DNA of 63,997 nucleotides, counting the filler, from an uncultured bacterium (GTDB lineage Bacteria > CAYJOG01): assembly GCA_964371695.1 (NCBI GenBank). It is 10 parts of 10 records of this genome, joined end to end, with 100 filler letters (N's around TTAATTAATTAA, not from the genome) between each part and the next. Parts side by side here need not be neighbours in the genome. Positions count along the whole stretch, not along the records: positions 1 to 6,541 come from CAYJOG010000170.1; positions 6,642 to 13,212 come from CAYJOG010000171.1; 8 more parts are not named here. One strand, written 5' to 3'. The position numbers were made by a program, and so were the translations under genes. Position 1 is the stretch's first letter. Every line of letters starts with the position of its first letter. Under the pieces are notes generated by a model that searched no databases, had not been told where the DNA came from, and saw only the letters and a list, made by a program, of their open reading frames with translations. Positions 1 to 9,811 of this stretch are shown piece after piece.

Positions 1-133
1 CCCCCATTTTATTTTTTTTTGTTTTGGTGGGGGGGGGGGGGGCCCCCCCCCGCCGTCTGGTCAAAAAACAAACCCCATCCTCATTTTTTTCTGACATGAA
101 TGGTGGCCCTTCCGGGCTGGAAAGCTGGCGTTC

Positions 134-1390
134 GTGAACCTCGCCGCGCCCCATAAAACCAGTCTCAGGCTGGTGTCGGTGCAGGAGGCCCGCGAGCTGG
201 TGCTGAACGTTGCCCAGCCCCTGTCGCCCCAAAAGACACCGCTGGAACTGGCCCGTGGGCTGACGCTGGCGGCCCAGGCCCTGGCCCTGCTGAAGGTGCC
301 CCGCTTTGATAACGCCGCCATGGATGGTTACGCCGTGATGAGCGGCGACACGCTGGCCGCCACAGCGGACCAGCCCGTGACGCTAACGCTCAGCGCCCAC
401 ACCATCGCGGGGCAAGAGGCGGCCACGCTGGCACCGGGTCAGGCGGTGCGCATCATGACCGGCGCGCCGGTGCCGGACGGCGCCGACGCCGTGGTGAAAC
501 AGGAACTGGTCTCGCTCAAGGAGGGGGTCATTGAACTGCGCGCCCCGGTGCTGCCGGGTGAGAACCTGCGGCGTGGTGGTGAGGTGATCCAGACCGGCCA
601 GGAGTCCCTGCCGGTGGGCACGGCGCTTGGCCCGGCGGCCCTGGGCTGGTTGTTTGAGTGCGGGGTGCAGGCGGTGTTCGTGCATCCGGCCCCCCGCGTG
701 GTGCTGGTGACGACGGGCGATGAAGTCAAAACCGAACTGGCCCATCTGGGTCCGGCGTCCATTCCCAACAGCAACCTGTGGACACTGCGGGCGGCGTTGG
801 AAGAAGCCGGTGCGGGGTTGGCCGCCCACCACCACGCCCAGGACGACCCCGTGCAACTGCGCCAGACCCTGATGGTTGCCATGGCAGAGGCCGATGTGCT
901 GCTGCTCACCGGCGGCGTCTCGGTGGGCACACACGATTTTGTGGCCGAAACCCTCACGGAGCTGGGTTTGGAAACGGTGTTTCACGGTGTGCGTCAAAAG
1001 CCGGGCAAGCCCCTGCTGTTTGGGCGGATGGGTCACCGGCTGGTGTTTGGTCTGCCGGGTAATCCCGCCTCGGCGCTCACGGCTTTTTATGTCTACGTTT
1101 TGCCCGCCCTGCAAAAGATGATGGGCTTTGCCGCCGCGCCTGAGTTTGAACACACCGCGCTGCTGTCCGCGCCCGTGAAAAAGTCCGATGGCCGCACGCA
1201 GTTTTTGCGGGTGTCTCTCACGTCACAAAAAAACGGCCAGGCCCTGTTGTCGCCCCTGCCGCAGCAAGGCTCCCACATGCTGCGCTCCTTTGCCCTGTGC
1301 GACGCGCTGGCGGTGCTGGATGGCCCCGCCGGAGAAATCGCCGCCGGAACACCCGTGCCCTTTGTGCCCATGAAAGGAGGCCACACGTGA
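134..1390 (+). CDS. moeA: molybdopterin molybdotransferase MoeA (gephyrin-like)
   Basis: Motifs FDNAAMDGYAV, RIMTGAPVPDGADAVV, TGDE, TGGVSVG, QKPGKP, GLPGNP. Confidence 0.95.
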   Translation: MNLAAPHKTSLRLVSVQEARELVLNVAQPLSPQKTPLELARGLTLAAQALALLKVPRFDNAAMDGYAVMSGDTLAATADQPVTLTLSAHTIAGQEAATLAPGQAVRIMTGAPVPDGADAVVKQELVSLKEGVIELRAPVLPGENLRRGGEVIQTGQESLPVGTALGPAALGWLFECGVQAVFVHPAPRVVLVTTGDEVKTELAHLGPASIPNSNLWTLRAALEEAGAGLAAHHHAQDDPVQLRQTLMVAMAEADVLLLTGGVSVGTHDFVAETLTELGLETVFHGVRQKPGKPLLFGRMGHRLVFGLPGNPASALTAFYVYVLPALQKMMGFAAAPEFEHTALLSAPVKKSDGRTQFLRVSLTSQKNGQALLSPLPQQGSHMLRSFALCDALAVLDGPAGEIAAGTPVPFVPMKGGHT

Positions 1391-1635
1391 AAATCACCTG
1401 TCTGCTGTTTTCTGTTTACCGCGAAAAGCTGGGGGTGAACCGGCTTCAGGCCGAGGCCCTGCCCGGCGAAACCGCCGGTGCATTTTTTGAGCGTTTTCTG
1501 AACGAACGCCTGCCCGCCGAAAAAGGGCTGCTGCCCTCTACGCTGCTGGCGGTGGGCGAGCAATATGTCGAGGCGTCTTATGCCTTGCAGGAAGGCGACG
1601 AACTGGCGTTCATTCCGCCGGTGGCGGGGGGCTGA
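1387..1635 (+). CDS. moaD: molybdopterin synthase sulfur carrier subunit MoaD/ThiS
   Basis: GTG start overlaps the moeA stop, AAGGAGG RBS upstream, C-terminal GDELAFIPPVAGG (Gly-Gly) motif. Confidence 0.92.
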   Translation: MKITCLLFSVYREKLGVNRLQAEALPGETAGAFFERFLNERLPAEKGLLPSTLLAVGEQYVEASYALQEGDELAFIPPVAGG

Positions 1636-1636
1636 G

Positions 1637-2125
1637 ATGACCGATCTGGTGACCTTTTCCACCGACCCGCTCGAAGGCCACGACCTGGCCCAGGCCGCCG
1701 CCCGGCGCGACTGCGGCGCGGTGGTGGTGTTTGAGGGCCGCGTGCGCGATCACCACCAGGGCAAGGCGGTGAAGCGTCTGGAATATGAAGCCTACGCCCC
1801 CATGGCGCGGGCCGAGATTGAGCGCATCGTGGCCGAGGCGCGCCAGCGCTGGCCCCTGGGGCCGGTGCGGGTGTCGCACCGCCACGGCGAGTTGCGCATT
1901 GGCGACATCGCCGTGGTGGTGGCCGTGGCCTCGGCGCACCGGGGCGAGGCTTTTGAGGCCGCCATGTTCATCATGGACGAACTCAAGCGCCGCGCACCGA
2001 TCTGGAAAAAGGAGTATTACCAGGACGGCACCTGCGACTGGGTGTTCTGCCGCGAACACGCCGGGCCGGGGCATGTGCATGAGCAGACCCATCACGCCCA
2101 TCACGGGGAGCACGGCCATGTCTGA
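1637..2125 (+). CDS. moaE: molybdopterin synthase catalytic subunit MoaE, with His-rich C-terminal tail
   Basis: GAVVVFEGRVR, LEYEAYAPMA, SAHRGEAF, APIWKKE motifs; follows moaD. Confidence 0.95.
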   Translation: MTDLVTFSTDPLEGHDLAQAAARRDCGAVVVFEGRVRDHHQGKAVKRLEYEAYAPMARAEIERIVAEARQRWPLGPVRVSHRHGELRIGDIAVVVAVASAHRGEAFEAAMFIMDELKRRAPIWKKEYYQDGTCDWVFCREHAGPGHVHEQTHHAHHGEHGHV

Positions 2126-2248
2126 TCATCGGTGTGGGTTGACCCGCCATTTGAGCGCTCGTGCGGCATCAGAGCGCCAGAGGCCATGGATGGCCGTTTC
2201 CGCCGCCGGTTCGGAGTGGTCTGCGAAAAGAAAAAACATTTCATCTCA

Positions 2249-2431
2249 GAGCCTGTTTATAAAGTCCCTCCTGGACTTTATAAACTTACCGCCAGCGGAG
2301 GCAAAGCCTCCTTGGCGGGCAAAAACCTCAGTGTTTTCAACACTTCGGCTTTCGAAGCGGGCCATCCGTGGCCCGCAAGAGCTTGTTTCTATTACACCAT
2401 GTTTCACATGGCGCAATTTAGAAACAGGCTC
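2249..2431. mobile_element. MITE-like element, TIR GAGCCTGTTT(A/C)TAAA, TCA direct repeats
   Basis: 15-bp TIRs with 1 mismatch; TCA at 2246-2248 and 2432-2434; related copy at 63176-63346. Confidence 0.75.
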
Positions 2432-2580
2432 TCAGACAAATGACGGGTCGGGAAAGATTCAATTGGGCTGGGCCGAACCGTGCGGCGTCGTTTGCAAGGT
2501 TTCAAGGATGAAACCGGCGAACCATAAAAAAACAAGCCGGGGTGGGGTTCTTTCGACCGAAAGGGTCGGTGAAACAAAAA

Positions 2581-3186
2581 ATGTCTGACCTGGGTTTGTT
2601 GTTGTTGGGCGGCAAGTCGTCACGGTTTGGCGTGAACAAGGCCCTGGCCGAGGTGAACGGCGTGCCCATGGCCAGCCGCGTGGCGCTGGCGATGGCGGCG
2701 GTGCTGGGCAAGTCCCGTTTGATGGTGCTGGCGGACGCCGCCGAACCCTACGACTTTCTGGACCTTTCGGTGCTGGCCGATGAAATCCCCCATCAGGGCC
2801 CGGCGGCGGCCCTGCTGGGGGCGGCTCATCAACTCACGGCGGATCACCTGCTGGTATGCCCCTGCGACATGCCGTGGATCACGCCCACCCTGCTGGGCAC
2901 ACTGCTGGAAAACATGGGCGAGGCCGACGCCTGTGTGTATGAAAACGAAACCGGCGGCCCCAGTCCGTTGCCGGGGGTGTACCGCCGCAGTGCGCTTGCG
3001 GCGCTGGACCCAGCCGGTCACACCAGCTTGAAATCCGTGTTGGCGGCGCTGGAAAAAGTGGTGGTGCTGGACTGGGGGCTAGCCACGGCGCTGGATGAAT
3101 CGGGCCGGGGGCTGCGTAACGTGAACCATCAGGCTGATCTGGCGCAGACGGGCAGGGCGTTTTCCACCGCCGGAGGCGCTCCATGA
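2581..3186 (+). CDS. mobA: molybdenum cofactor guanylyltransferase MobA
   Basis: LLGGKSSRFGVNKAL, GP, CPCDMP, NVN motifs; Moco gene context. Confidence 0.9.
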   Translation: MSDLGLLLLGGKSSRFGVNKALAEVNGVPMASRVALAMAAVLGKSRLMVLADAAEPYDFLDLSVLADEIPHQGPAAALLGAAHQLTADHLLVCPCDMPWITPTLLGTLLENMGEADACVYENETGGPSPLPGVYRRSALAALDPAGHTSLKSVLAALEKVVVLDWGLATALDESGRGLRNVNHQADLAQTGRAFSTAGGAP

Positions 3187-4406
3187 ATCCGCTTTCGGGT
3201 TTCAGCAACACACTGCGAGGCAACCTGTCGCAGGCGCGGTTTTCCCTCGCGGAGTTTTCGGGCGCACTGGGAGACCTGGGCACATTTTTGCCGCTGCTGG
3301 TGGCCATGAGCCAGAAGAACGGCCTGGATTTTGCCGCCGCCCTGTTTTTTGCGGGCGCGCTCAACATCGTCACCGGCCTCACGTTTGGCATTCCCATGGC
3401 CATTCAGCCCATGAAGGCCATCGCCGCCGTGGCGCTGGTGGCGGGGCTTTCAGAGGGTGAAATCCGTGCTGCGGGCATGTGTGTGAGCGCCGTGGTGCTG
3501 CTGCTCTCGGCCACGGGCATGGTGGACAAACTGGGGCGTTTTCTGCCCGCCGCCGCCATACGGGGGTTGCAGGCCGGGCTGGGCCTTACGCTGCTGGTCA
3601 AGGCGTTCCAGATGGCGCTGGCCCCCGGCGCAGGGGCGCTGGGCGCGCCGCTGGCGCTGGTGGGCTTGGGGGTGTTGTTGCTGGGGCTTTGGCTCAAACG
3701 CCTGCCGGTGGCCCTGGTGCGGGTGGGGCGACCGGCGGGTTTTGCGCCGCCGGGGCTGATGGGCTGGCGGCCCCATTGGGTGGGGTTGGGCGTGGCGGAT
3801 TTTCCACGGGCCTTCACGTTGGCGGCGCTGCCCCAGATGCCCCTCACGCTGCTCAACTCGGTGGTGGCGGTGTGTGCGTTGTCCATGGACCTTTGCCCCG
3901 GCAAAGCCGCGCCGCTGCGCAAGGTGGGTGTGAGCGTGGGGCTGATGAACCTGCTGTCGGCGCCGTTCGGGGCCATGCCCATGTGCCACGGCGCGGGGGG
4001 GCTGGCGGCCCAGTGGCGGTTTGGGGCGCGCACGGGCGGCTCGGTGATGATGCTGGGCGGCGTGAAGATGCTGCTGGCGGCGGTGTTCGGCGGCACGCTC
4101 ATGTCGCTGTGCGCGGTTTTTCCGGCGGGTTTGCTGGGGGTGATGCTGGCGGTGAGCGGCACCGAACTGCTGCGCCCGCTGCTGCTGGAAAAAAGCCTCT
4201 TTGGCAAAAGCATCACGGCGCTGACGGCGGTGGTGNNNNNNNNNNCCACCCGGGGGCTGCGGGGGGTGGGGGGCGTGGCGGGGGGCAACTGGGGGGGGGG
4301 CGGGGGGGGGGGGCTGGTGTTGTGCGCCCTGGCCCGCCGGGGGGCGGACTGGTTGCGCCACCCCGGCTGGTATGACAGTCAGCCACTGTTCAAGCCGGTG
4401 AGTTGA
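3183..4406 (+). CDS. MOT1-family molybdate/sulfate transporter (3' end unreliable)
   Basis: EFSGALGDLGTFLPL, PMAIQPMKAIAA, AMPMCHGAGGLAAQWRFGARTG motifs; N gap 4236-4245 followed by poly-G low-quality sequence. Confidence 0.85.
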   Translation: MNPLSGFSNTLRGNLSQARFSLAEFSGALGDLGTFLPLLVAMSQKNGLDFAAALFFAGALNIVTGLTFGIPMAIQPMKAIAAVALVAGLSEGEIRAAGMCVSAVVLLLSATGMVDKLGRFLPAAAIRGLQAGLGLTLLVKAFQMALAPGAGALGAPLALVGLGVLLLGLWLKRLPVALVRVGRPAGFAPPGLMGWRPHWVGLGVADFPRAFTLAALPQMPLTLLNSVVAVCALSMDLCPGKAAPLRKVGVSVGLMNLLSAPFGAMPMCHGAGGLAAQWRFGARTGGSVMMLGGVKMLLAAVFGGTLMSLCAVFPAGLLGVMLAVSGTELLRPLLLEKSLFGKSITALTAVVXXXXTRGLRGVGGVAGGNWGGGGGGGLVLCALARRGADWLRHPGWYDSQPLFKPVS

Positions 4407-4763
4407 CAGGCCAGCGTGTCCACTTGCAGAGACATGCCATGAATGAGTCCTGGAAAAATTATTCAAGGAGACGGGACGCGGTAGCGCCCCCGCCACGGAG
4501 GCAAACAAAGTTTGCCGACCGCCACGAAGCGGCCAGGCATTTTGAAAAAAAGGGTGTTAGCCCGTCCTGAGCCGGGCCGCCTGTGGCGGCGGTCGCAACG
4601 CTTCGCGTCGCTCCTTGGCGGCGGCGGGCAAGCCCGCCGTCTTTTCATAAAACAGGCGCCTTCCTCTTTCCTTCCCGGTCCCCTGCTCGCCCTCCCTTGG
4701 TTAGCACCCTGTCTGAACTCCGCAGCATTTGCCTCAGCCTGACTGTCAGAGGATGATGGGGCC

Positions 4764-5693
4764 ATGTCAAAACCCCTGCCTTTTTCGCCTGTCCGCCTAG
4801 CCTCGCTGGTGGTGCTGCTGGCCTGCCTGTGTGGCCTCACCGGCTGCATCAACGTGGAGGAAGAACTCACGATTTCCAAAAACGGCAGCGTGGAGTATTC
4901 CGGTCATCTCACACTGGGCATGACCAAGATGCTGGGCATGATGGGGGGCATGTTCGGCGGCGAGCCGGGGGCGAAAAAAACAGAAGCGCCGCCCATGGAC
5001 ATCATGGAGGGACTGGACCCGAAAACCCTTCAGAAAGATCTGAAAAAAGTGAAATCTCTTGAGAAGAAAATCAAGGGGCTGAAAAACGTGAACGCGGCGG
5101 TGTGGATGGAGCGGGGTGTGCTGCACATGAACACCACCGCCGCCTGCGCCACCATGGCGGTGTGCAAAAAGTTTCTGGACGCCGCGCAAAAACAGGGCCA
5201 GAGCGGCGGCATGGGGGGCGGCCCCATGGACATGGAAATGCCCCGCGCCGATTTTTCGGTGAAGGGGGGTGTCTTCCGTTTTCGTCTGCCGCTTAAAAAG
5301 CTGCAAAAAAGCTGGCAGGAAAAAATGAAGAACAATCCCTTCATGGGCGGCATGGGTCACACGCCCGGTGCGCCGCCGCCCCTGTTTCCGCCCCCCGGCG
5401 ACGGGGCAGGGGAGGGGAGCGACGTTTCGGCGTCGGCAGAGCTGCCGCTGAGTGAAGGCGCGCTGGACCCCACCGCCATGCTGGGGCCTTTTGGCGACAT
5501 CGGAAACATGATGACCATGTTTTTCGCCAGCAGTCACTATCGTGTGCGCGTAAACCTGCCCGGCGCGCCCCAATCCACCGATGCGAAGTTCCGCCCCAAC
5601 AGCCGCAGCGTGGTGTGGGAGCTGCCGCTGTCGGATCTGTTTGCCAGCGACAAGGAATCCTCAAGGGATTTTTCAGGGATGGTGAAGTATTAA
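4764..5693 (+). CDS. Met/Gly-rich lipoprotein (possibly LppM/DUF3153-like)
   Basis: Lipobox LTGC; 'LTISKNGS' near the N-terminus and 'VNLPG...VVWELPL' at the C-terminus. Confidence 0.55.
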   Translation: MSKPLPFSPVRLASLVVLLACLCGLTGCINVEEELTISKNGSVEYSGHLTLGMTKMLGMMGGMFGGEPGAKKTEAPPMDIMEGLDPKTLQKDLKKVKSLEKKIKGLKNVNAAVWMERGVLHMNTTAACATMAVCKKFLDAAQKQGQSGGMGGGPMDMEMPRADFSVKGGVFRFRLPLKKLQKSWQEKMKNNPFMGGMGHTPGAPPPLFPPPGDGAGEGSDVSASAELPLSEGALDPTAMLGPFGDIGNMMTMFFASSHYRVRVNLPGAPQSTDAKFRPNSRSVVWELPLSDLFASDKESSRDFSGMVKY

Positions 5694-5700
5694 CCTGTGA

Positions 5701-5960
5701 CACCAATTCTATTCCGGGACGGCATTAAATTGCCGGAAGGGTTGGCTGACAGGAAAGCAAGGTGAAACCAGGAAGGGGAGAAAAGAATTGGTATGAATTC
5801 ATGGATGAATTCGACCCGAACATCAAGGCCCGTAAAGTGCCGCCGATGTTCGCGGCGCAAGCAGGCTTTGCCCGCGCCGCGCCGGGCCGCAGCCGTTCAC
5901 GACGAATGGCAAGGCCAAATAAAAGATTCCAATTCCCACTGTCTGGAATTGGAATCGGTA
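5701..5960. mobile_element. 260-bp MITE-like repeat (TACCAATT-type TIR)
   Basis: Homologous to 41173-41432, 52625-52883 and 39695-39793; flanked by TGA on both sides. Confidence 0.75.
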
Positions 5961-6334
5961 TGAGTGGTCTGCCCCGCCTGCTGGTGCTGGATGACCGGCC
6001 AAGCCGCCACCGCCTGCTGGCGGCCCGGCACGGGGCCACCCATCGCATTGATCACGCCTATGACGCCCACAGCGCCATGGTGCTGTTGCGCGATGGGGCC
6101 AACGTGTTTGTGCGGGTGTGTCTGGATCACGCCCTGGGGCATCCGCACCACACCGGCATGACAGTGGTGGAGGAAGTGGTCGCCCTGTGCGAAGACCCGG
6201 CCCACCGCGCGCGTCTGCGCCAGGCGCGCTGGCAGGTGCATTCCATGGACGCCTGGGCGGCGGAAGAAATGCTGCGGTGTCTCAAGGCCTGCCTGGGCGA
6301 AGACGTGGTGGAGCCTTACGCCCCGTTGCCGTAG
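5960..6334 (+). CDS. cyclic-phosphate-processing receiver-like domain protein (degenerate)
   Basis: LLVLDD, CLDHALG...TG and VHSMD resemble the DD, LDHDLG and HSxN motifs of this family. Confidence 0.55.
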   Translation: MSGLPRLLVLDDRPSRHRLLAARHGATHRIDHAYDAHSAMVLLRDGANVFVRVCLDHALGHPHHTGMTVVEEVVALCEDPAHRARLRQARWQVHSMDAWAAEEMLRCLKACLGEDVVEPYAPLP

Positions 6335-6541
6335 CAGGTTGTCGAGAAAGTCCCTCCTGGACTTTCTCAACCCATTTTGGAGTAGGCGCGGTGCCCCCAC
6401 CGCGCACAGACCTCAGAGCGTTTTCGGAAATGGCAGAGCATTCAACTGAGGCTTCATATCCAAACCTTGGCCAACCCGCCGTCATTACCGCGAAAGCGGG
6501 AATCCAGCGGGTTTTTTTTTTAAAATGTAAAAAAACAATTT
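6334..6541. repeat. cluster of nested palindromic repeats at contig end
   Basis: CCCTCCTGGACTTT hairpin, GTAG-type REP (6382-6405), GAGCGTTTTCGGAAAT element, CGTC REP (6480-6507). Confidence 0.75.
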
Positions 6542-6641
6542 NNNNNNNNNNNNNNNNNNNNNNNNNNNNNNNNNNNNNNNNNNNNTTAATTAATTAANNN
6601 NNNNNNNNNNNNNNNNNNNNNNNNNNNNNNNNNNNNNNNNN
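6542..6641. other. artificial contig linker
   Basis: N44-TTAATTAATTAA-N44; same linker at 13213-13312, 19870-19969, 26518-26617, 33156-33255, 39794-39893, 46351-46450, 52884-52983, 59407-59506. Confidence 0.99.
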
Positions 6642-7390
6642 GTGTGGTGGCGGGCGGCCTCCTGAATCACCGGCGTGTACTGGTCCAGTTCCTTGTCGCA
6701 CTGATAGAGGATTTTGTCGCGCTGGTGGCGGGCGGTGTGTTCTTCATCCTGCCAGTGCAGCAGGGGTTCCTGTTTGTCCCAAAGGCTGTGGGCGGTTTCG
6801 GTCCACTGGGGGGTCTGGCGGCTGAGCAGATTGTCAAAGCCCCCGTTTATCACGCGGCGGTAAAGCCCCAGCACCGCCGGGCGCTGGTGTTCCTCCAGCA
6901 GGCGGCGAATACCGTATTCCGTCAGCGTCAGCCCCAGGCCAGCGGCGCGGTTCTGAAAACGCGGGTTGGTGTAATACGACTGCACCAGACTGGCCAACCG
7001 TGCCGCCGGGGGCAGGGCGCGGCCCTGGGCCAGGTCCGCCAGTTCGGCCTGTTCCTCGCGGGACAAAAACACCACCGGCCCCCCCAGGCCCTTGTCGCGC
7101 AGGCAGGCAAACAGGCTTTGTGTCAGCGCCTCGTGTCCCGTGGCGGCGGCGCGGGATCCATAGTCGGCGTTGCTTTCGCCCGGCTTGCGTGGATAGGGCA
7201 TCAGCAGGCCCTGCTGGTTTTTGTAGGTGAGTGTGTCGGGGTGGCCAAAGTTTTCGAGAAACACTTTTTCTTCGGCCCTGAGGTGAAACACCACTGCGCC
7301 GGGTCCCTGACCCTGGCGGTCTTCATACAATGGTTCTTCGGTGGGGGAGGGCGCGCCGCCCGCCGGACCCTTGGTGAAAATCACCGACAT
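6642..7390 (-). CDS. hypothetical protein (3'-truncated)
   Basis: Long ORF with host-like codon usage, divergent from prfC; runs into the contig end. Confidence 0.55.
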
Positions 7391-7446
7391 GGTAACCAAG
7401 CATAACGCAGCTTGACTTAAGTCCCACTGCCCCCACGATAGCCGCC

Positions 7447-8997
7447 ATGTCTTTGGCAGAGAAAGATCGGCTTTGCGCCCAGCGTGCGCGCAGGCGCACC
7501 TTTGCCATCATCAGCCATCCCGACGCAGGCAAAACCACCCTCACCGAAAAACTGCTGCTCTATGGCGGGGCCATCGAGCTGGCGGGCGCGGTGAAGGCCC
7601 GCAAGCAGGCCCGCTCGGCCACCAGCGACTGGATGGAGCTGGAAAAGAAACGCGGCATTTCCATTACCAGCGCCGCGCTCACGTTTGAATACGCGGGCAA
7701 GGTGGTGAACCTGCTGGATACCCCCGGCCACCAGGATTTCAGCGAGGACACCTACCGCGCCCTTTGCGCCGCCGACAGCGCCGTGATGGTGATAGACGCG
7801 GGCCACGGCATCGAGGCCCAGACCCGCAAGCTGTTTGCCGTGGCGCGGCAAAAGGGCCTGCCGGTGCTCAGCTTTTTCAACAAGATGGACATGCCCGCCC
7901 GCGACCCCTTTGACCTGATGGACGAACTGGAAAAGGTGCTGGGCATCACGGCGGTGCCTGTCACCTGGCCCCTGGGCAGCGGGCGGGATTTCGCCGGGGT
8001 GTATGTGCGCGACGCGAAACAGGTGCATCTGTTTTCGCGCACCGAGCACGGGGCGCGCATGGCTCCCAAAGAGGTGATGGGGCCGCAGGATGCAGCCATC
8101 GCCCAACTGGCGGGGCGCGATGTTTACGAGGCTTTTCTGGAGGGACTGGAACTGGTGGAGGGGGCGTTGCCCCGGTTCGACACCGGGGCTTTTCTGCGGC
8201 AGGAAATCACGCCGGTGTTTTTCGGCAGCGCCGTCACCAATTTTGGTGTGGAGCATTTTCTGAACACCTTTGTGGACCTGGCCCCCGCACCGGCAGACCT
8301 GGGGGACGCCTTTTGCGGTCTGGTGTTCAAGGTGCAGGCCAACATGAACAGCGCCCACCGCGACCGCATCGCCTTTGTGCGCATTTTGAGCGGGCGTTTT
8401 GAGCGCGGCATGACGGTGACCCACCAGCGCCTGAACAAAAGCCTGAAACTCAACTATCCCCACCAGTTTTTTGGTCAGGAACGCACGGTGATTGACGAGG
8501 CGTATCCCGGCGACATCATCGGCCTGGTGAACCCCGGCCAACTGGCGGTGGGAGACGTGCTCTTTGAGGGAAAAATGCCCGATGTGCCCACCCTGCCGCG
8601 TTTCATGATGGAGCACTTCGCCCGCGTGGTGCTGCGGGACACGGGGGCGCGCAAGCGCTTTCAGGCGGGTATGGAACAGCTCGCGCAAGAGGGCGTGATC
8701 CGCCGGTTTTCAGAACCGGCCCAGTCTCCCGAACCCATTGTGGGCGTGGTGGGGGCGTTGCAGCTCGATGTGCTCAAGTTTCGCCTGCAGGACGAATACA
8801 ACGCCCCGGTGGATCTGGAGCTGTTGCCCCAGCACACGGCGGCCTATCTGCTCAAGGGCGACCCCGACAAACTGCATTACTTTGCCAAACACGTGATTGA
8901 CGAAGAAGGCCGCGACCTGATGCTGTTTAGGGATGACCGCAGTTATGACTATGCCCTGGCCAACGTGCAGGGTGTGGAGCTGTCGCGTCAGGCGTGA
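7447..8997 (+). CDS. prfC: peptide chain release factor 3
   Basis: RRTFAIISHPDAGKTTLTEKLLL, SDWMELEKKRGISI, DTPGHQDFSEDTYR. Confidence 0.97.
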   Translation: MSLAEKDRLCAQRARRRTFAIISHPDAGKTTLTEKLLLYGGAIELAGAVKARKQARSATSDWMELEKKRGISITSAALTFEYAGKVVNLLDTPGHQDFSEDTYRALCAADSAVMVIDAGHGIEAQTRKLFAVARQKGLPVLSFFNKMDMPARDPFDLMDELEKVLGITAVPVTWPLGSGRDFAGVYVRDAKQVHLFSRTEHGARMAPKEVMGPQDAAIAQLAGRDVYEAFLEGLELVEGALPRFDTGAFLRQEITPVFFGSAVTNFGVEHFLNTFVDLAPAPADLGDAFCGLVFKVQANMNSAHRDRIAFVRILSGRFERGMTVTHQRLNKSLKLNYPHQFFGQERTVIDEAYPGDIIGLVNPGQLAVGDVLFEGKMPDVPTLPRFMMEHFARVVLRDTGARKRFQAGMEQLAQEGVIRRFSEPAQSPEPIVGVVGALQLDVLKFRLQDEYNAPVDLELLPQHTAAYLLKGDPDKLHYFAKHVIDEEGRDLMLFRDDRSYDYALANVQGVELSRQA

Positions 8998-9067
8998 GAC
9001 CGCACGTCCTTCCATCTTCCGCCATTGGCGCTACCCTTTCGCCATGGCCATCCGTTGGCAGGCAGGC

Positions 9068-9811
9068 ATGGGCGAAACCACACAGCGGCGGCTGGTGCGC
9101 CTGAAGGACCCCGCCACGCGGCGGCGCGAACGGCGTTTTATGGTGGAGGGCCGCAAGGCGGTGGAGGCCATGATTGCGGGCGGGGCCGTCGTGGACAGGC
9201 TGGTGGTGCTGGAGGGGGTGAACTGGCAACCGGGCGAACTGCCCGACGCCGTGACCGTTCACGTCACGCCTTCGGTCGTCATGTCGCGTCTGGCCACACT
9301 CAGCCACCGGCCTGAGCTGCTGGGGGTGTTCCGCGAGCCGGTCAATGGATTTCCTTTTGCGCCCTGGCCGGATCGTCTGCTGGTGGTGTACGGGGTGCAG
9401 GACCCCGGCAATCTGGGCACGCTGCTGCGCTCGGCGGCGGCTTTTGGTGTGGGGCACGTGGTGTTGCTCAAGGGCTGCACAGACCCCTACGCCCCCAAGG
9501 TGACCCGCGCCACGGCGGGCCTGCTGCCCCATCTGTCTCTGGCCTGGGAGGTGCCCCCCGCCGCTTTTTTTGAAGCGGCTGCGAAAAATGGAACAGCGGT
9601 GCTGGCCCTTGCGCCAGAGGGTGAAAAACCACTGCGGCCCACACCGGGCAAGGCGGCGCTTTTGCTGGGGGCCGAGGGTCAGGGGCTGAAGGGTGTGAAT
9701 CTGGAAAACAGCACGGTGGTGCGTTTGCCGGGGGTCAACCCGGCGCTGCCGCTGAACGTGGCCATGGCGGCCACCCTGGGGCTGTATGTGTTGTGGGGGC
9801 AAAAAGAGTGA
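9068..9811 (+). CDS. TrmH/SpoU family RNA methyltransferase
   Basis: VQDPGNLGTLLRSA, LGAEGQGL, LNVAMAA SPOUT motifs; alternative start at 9044. Confidence 0.9.
   Translation: MGETTQRRLVRLKDPATRRRERRFMVEGRKAVEAMIAGGAVVDRLVVLEGVNWQPGELPDAVTVHVTPSVVMSRLATLSHRPELLGVFREPVNGFPFAPWPDRLLVVYGVQDPGNLGTLLRSAAAFGVGHVVLLKGCTDPYAPKVTRATAGLLPHLSLAWEVPPAAFFEAAAKNGTAVLALAPEGEKPLRPTPGKAALLLGAEGQGLKGVNLENSTVVRLPGVNPALPLNVAMAATLGLYVLWGQKE

Noticed and set aside
1-60. Homopolymer G/C/T tracts (also 4246-4320 and 31738-31812) as phase-variation or G-quadruplex sites
   Set aside because: Two of the three abut scaffold gaps and all look like low-quality read tails; the translated poly-G/P/F is implausible.
5762-5960. 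Conserved peptide 'KNWYEFMDEF' in ORFs at 5762, 41234 and 52662
   Set aside because: It is the translation of the non-coding palindromic repeat, not an independently supported protein family.
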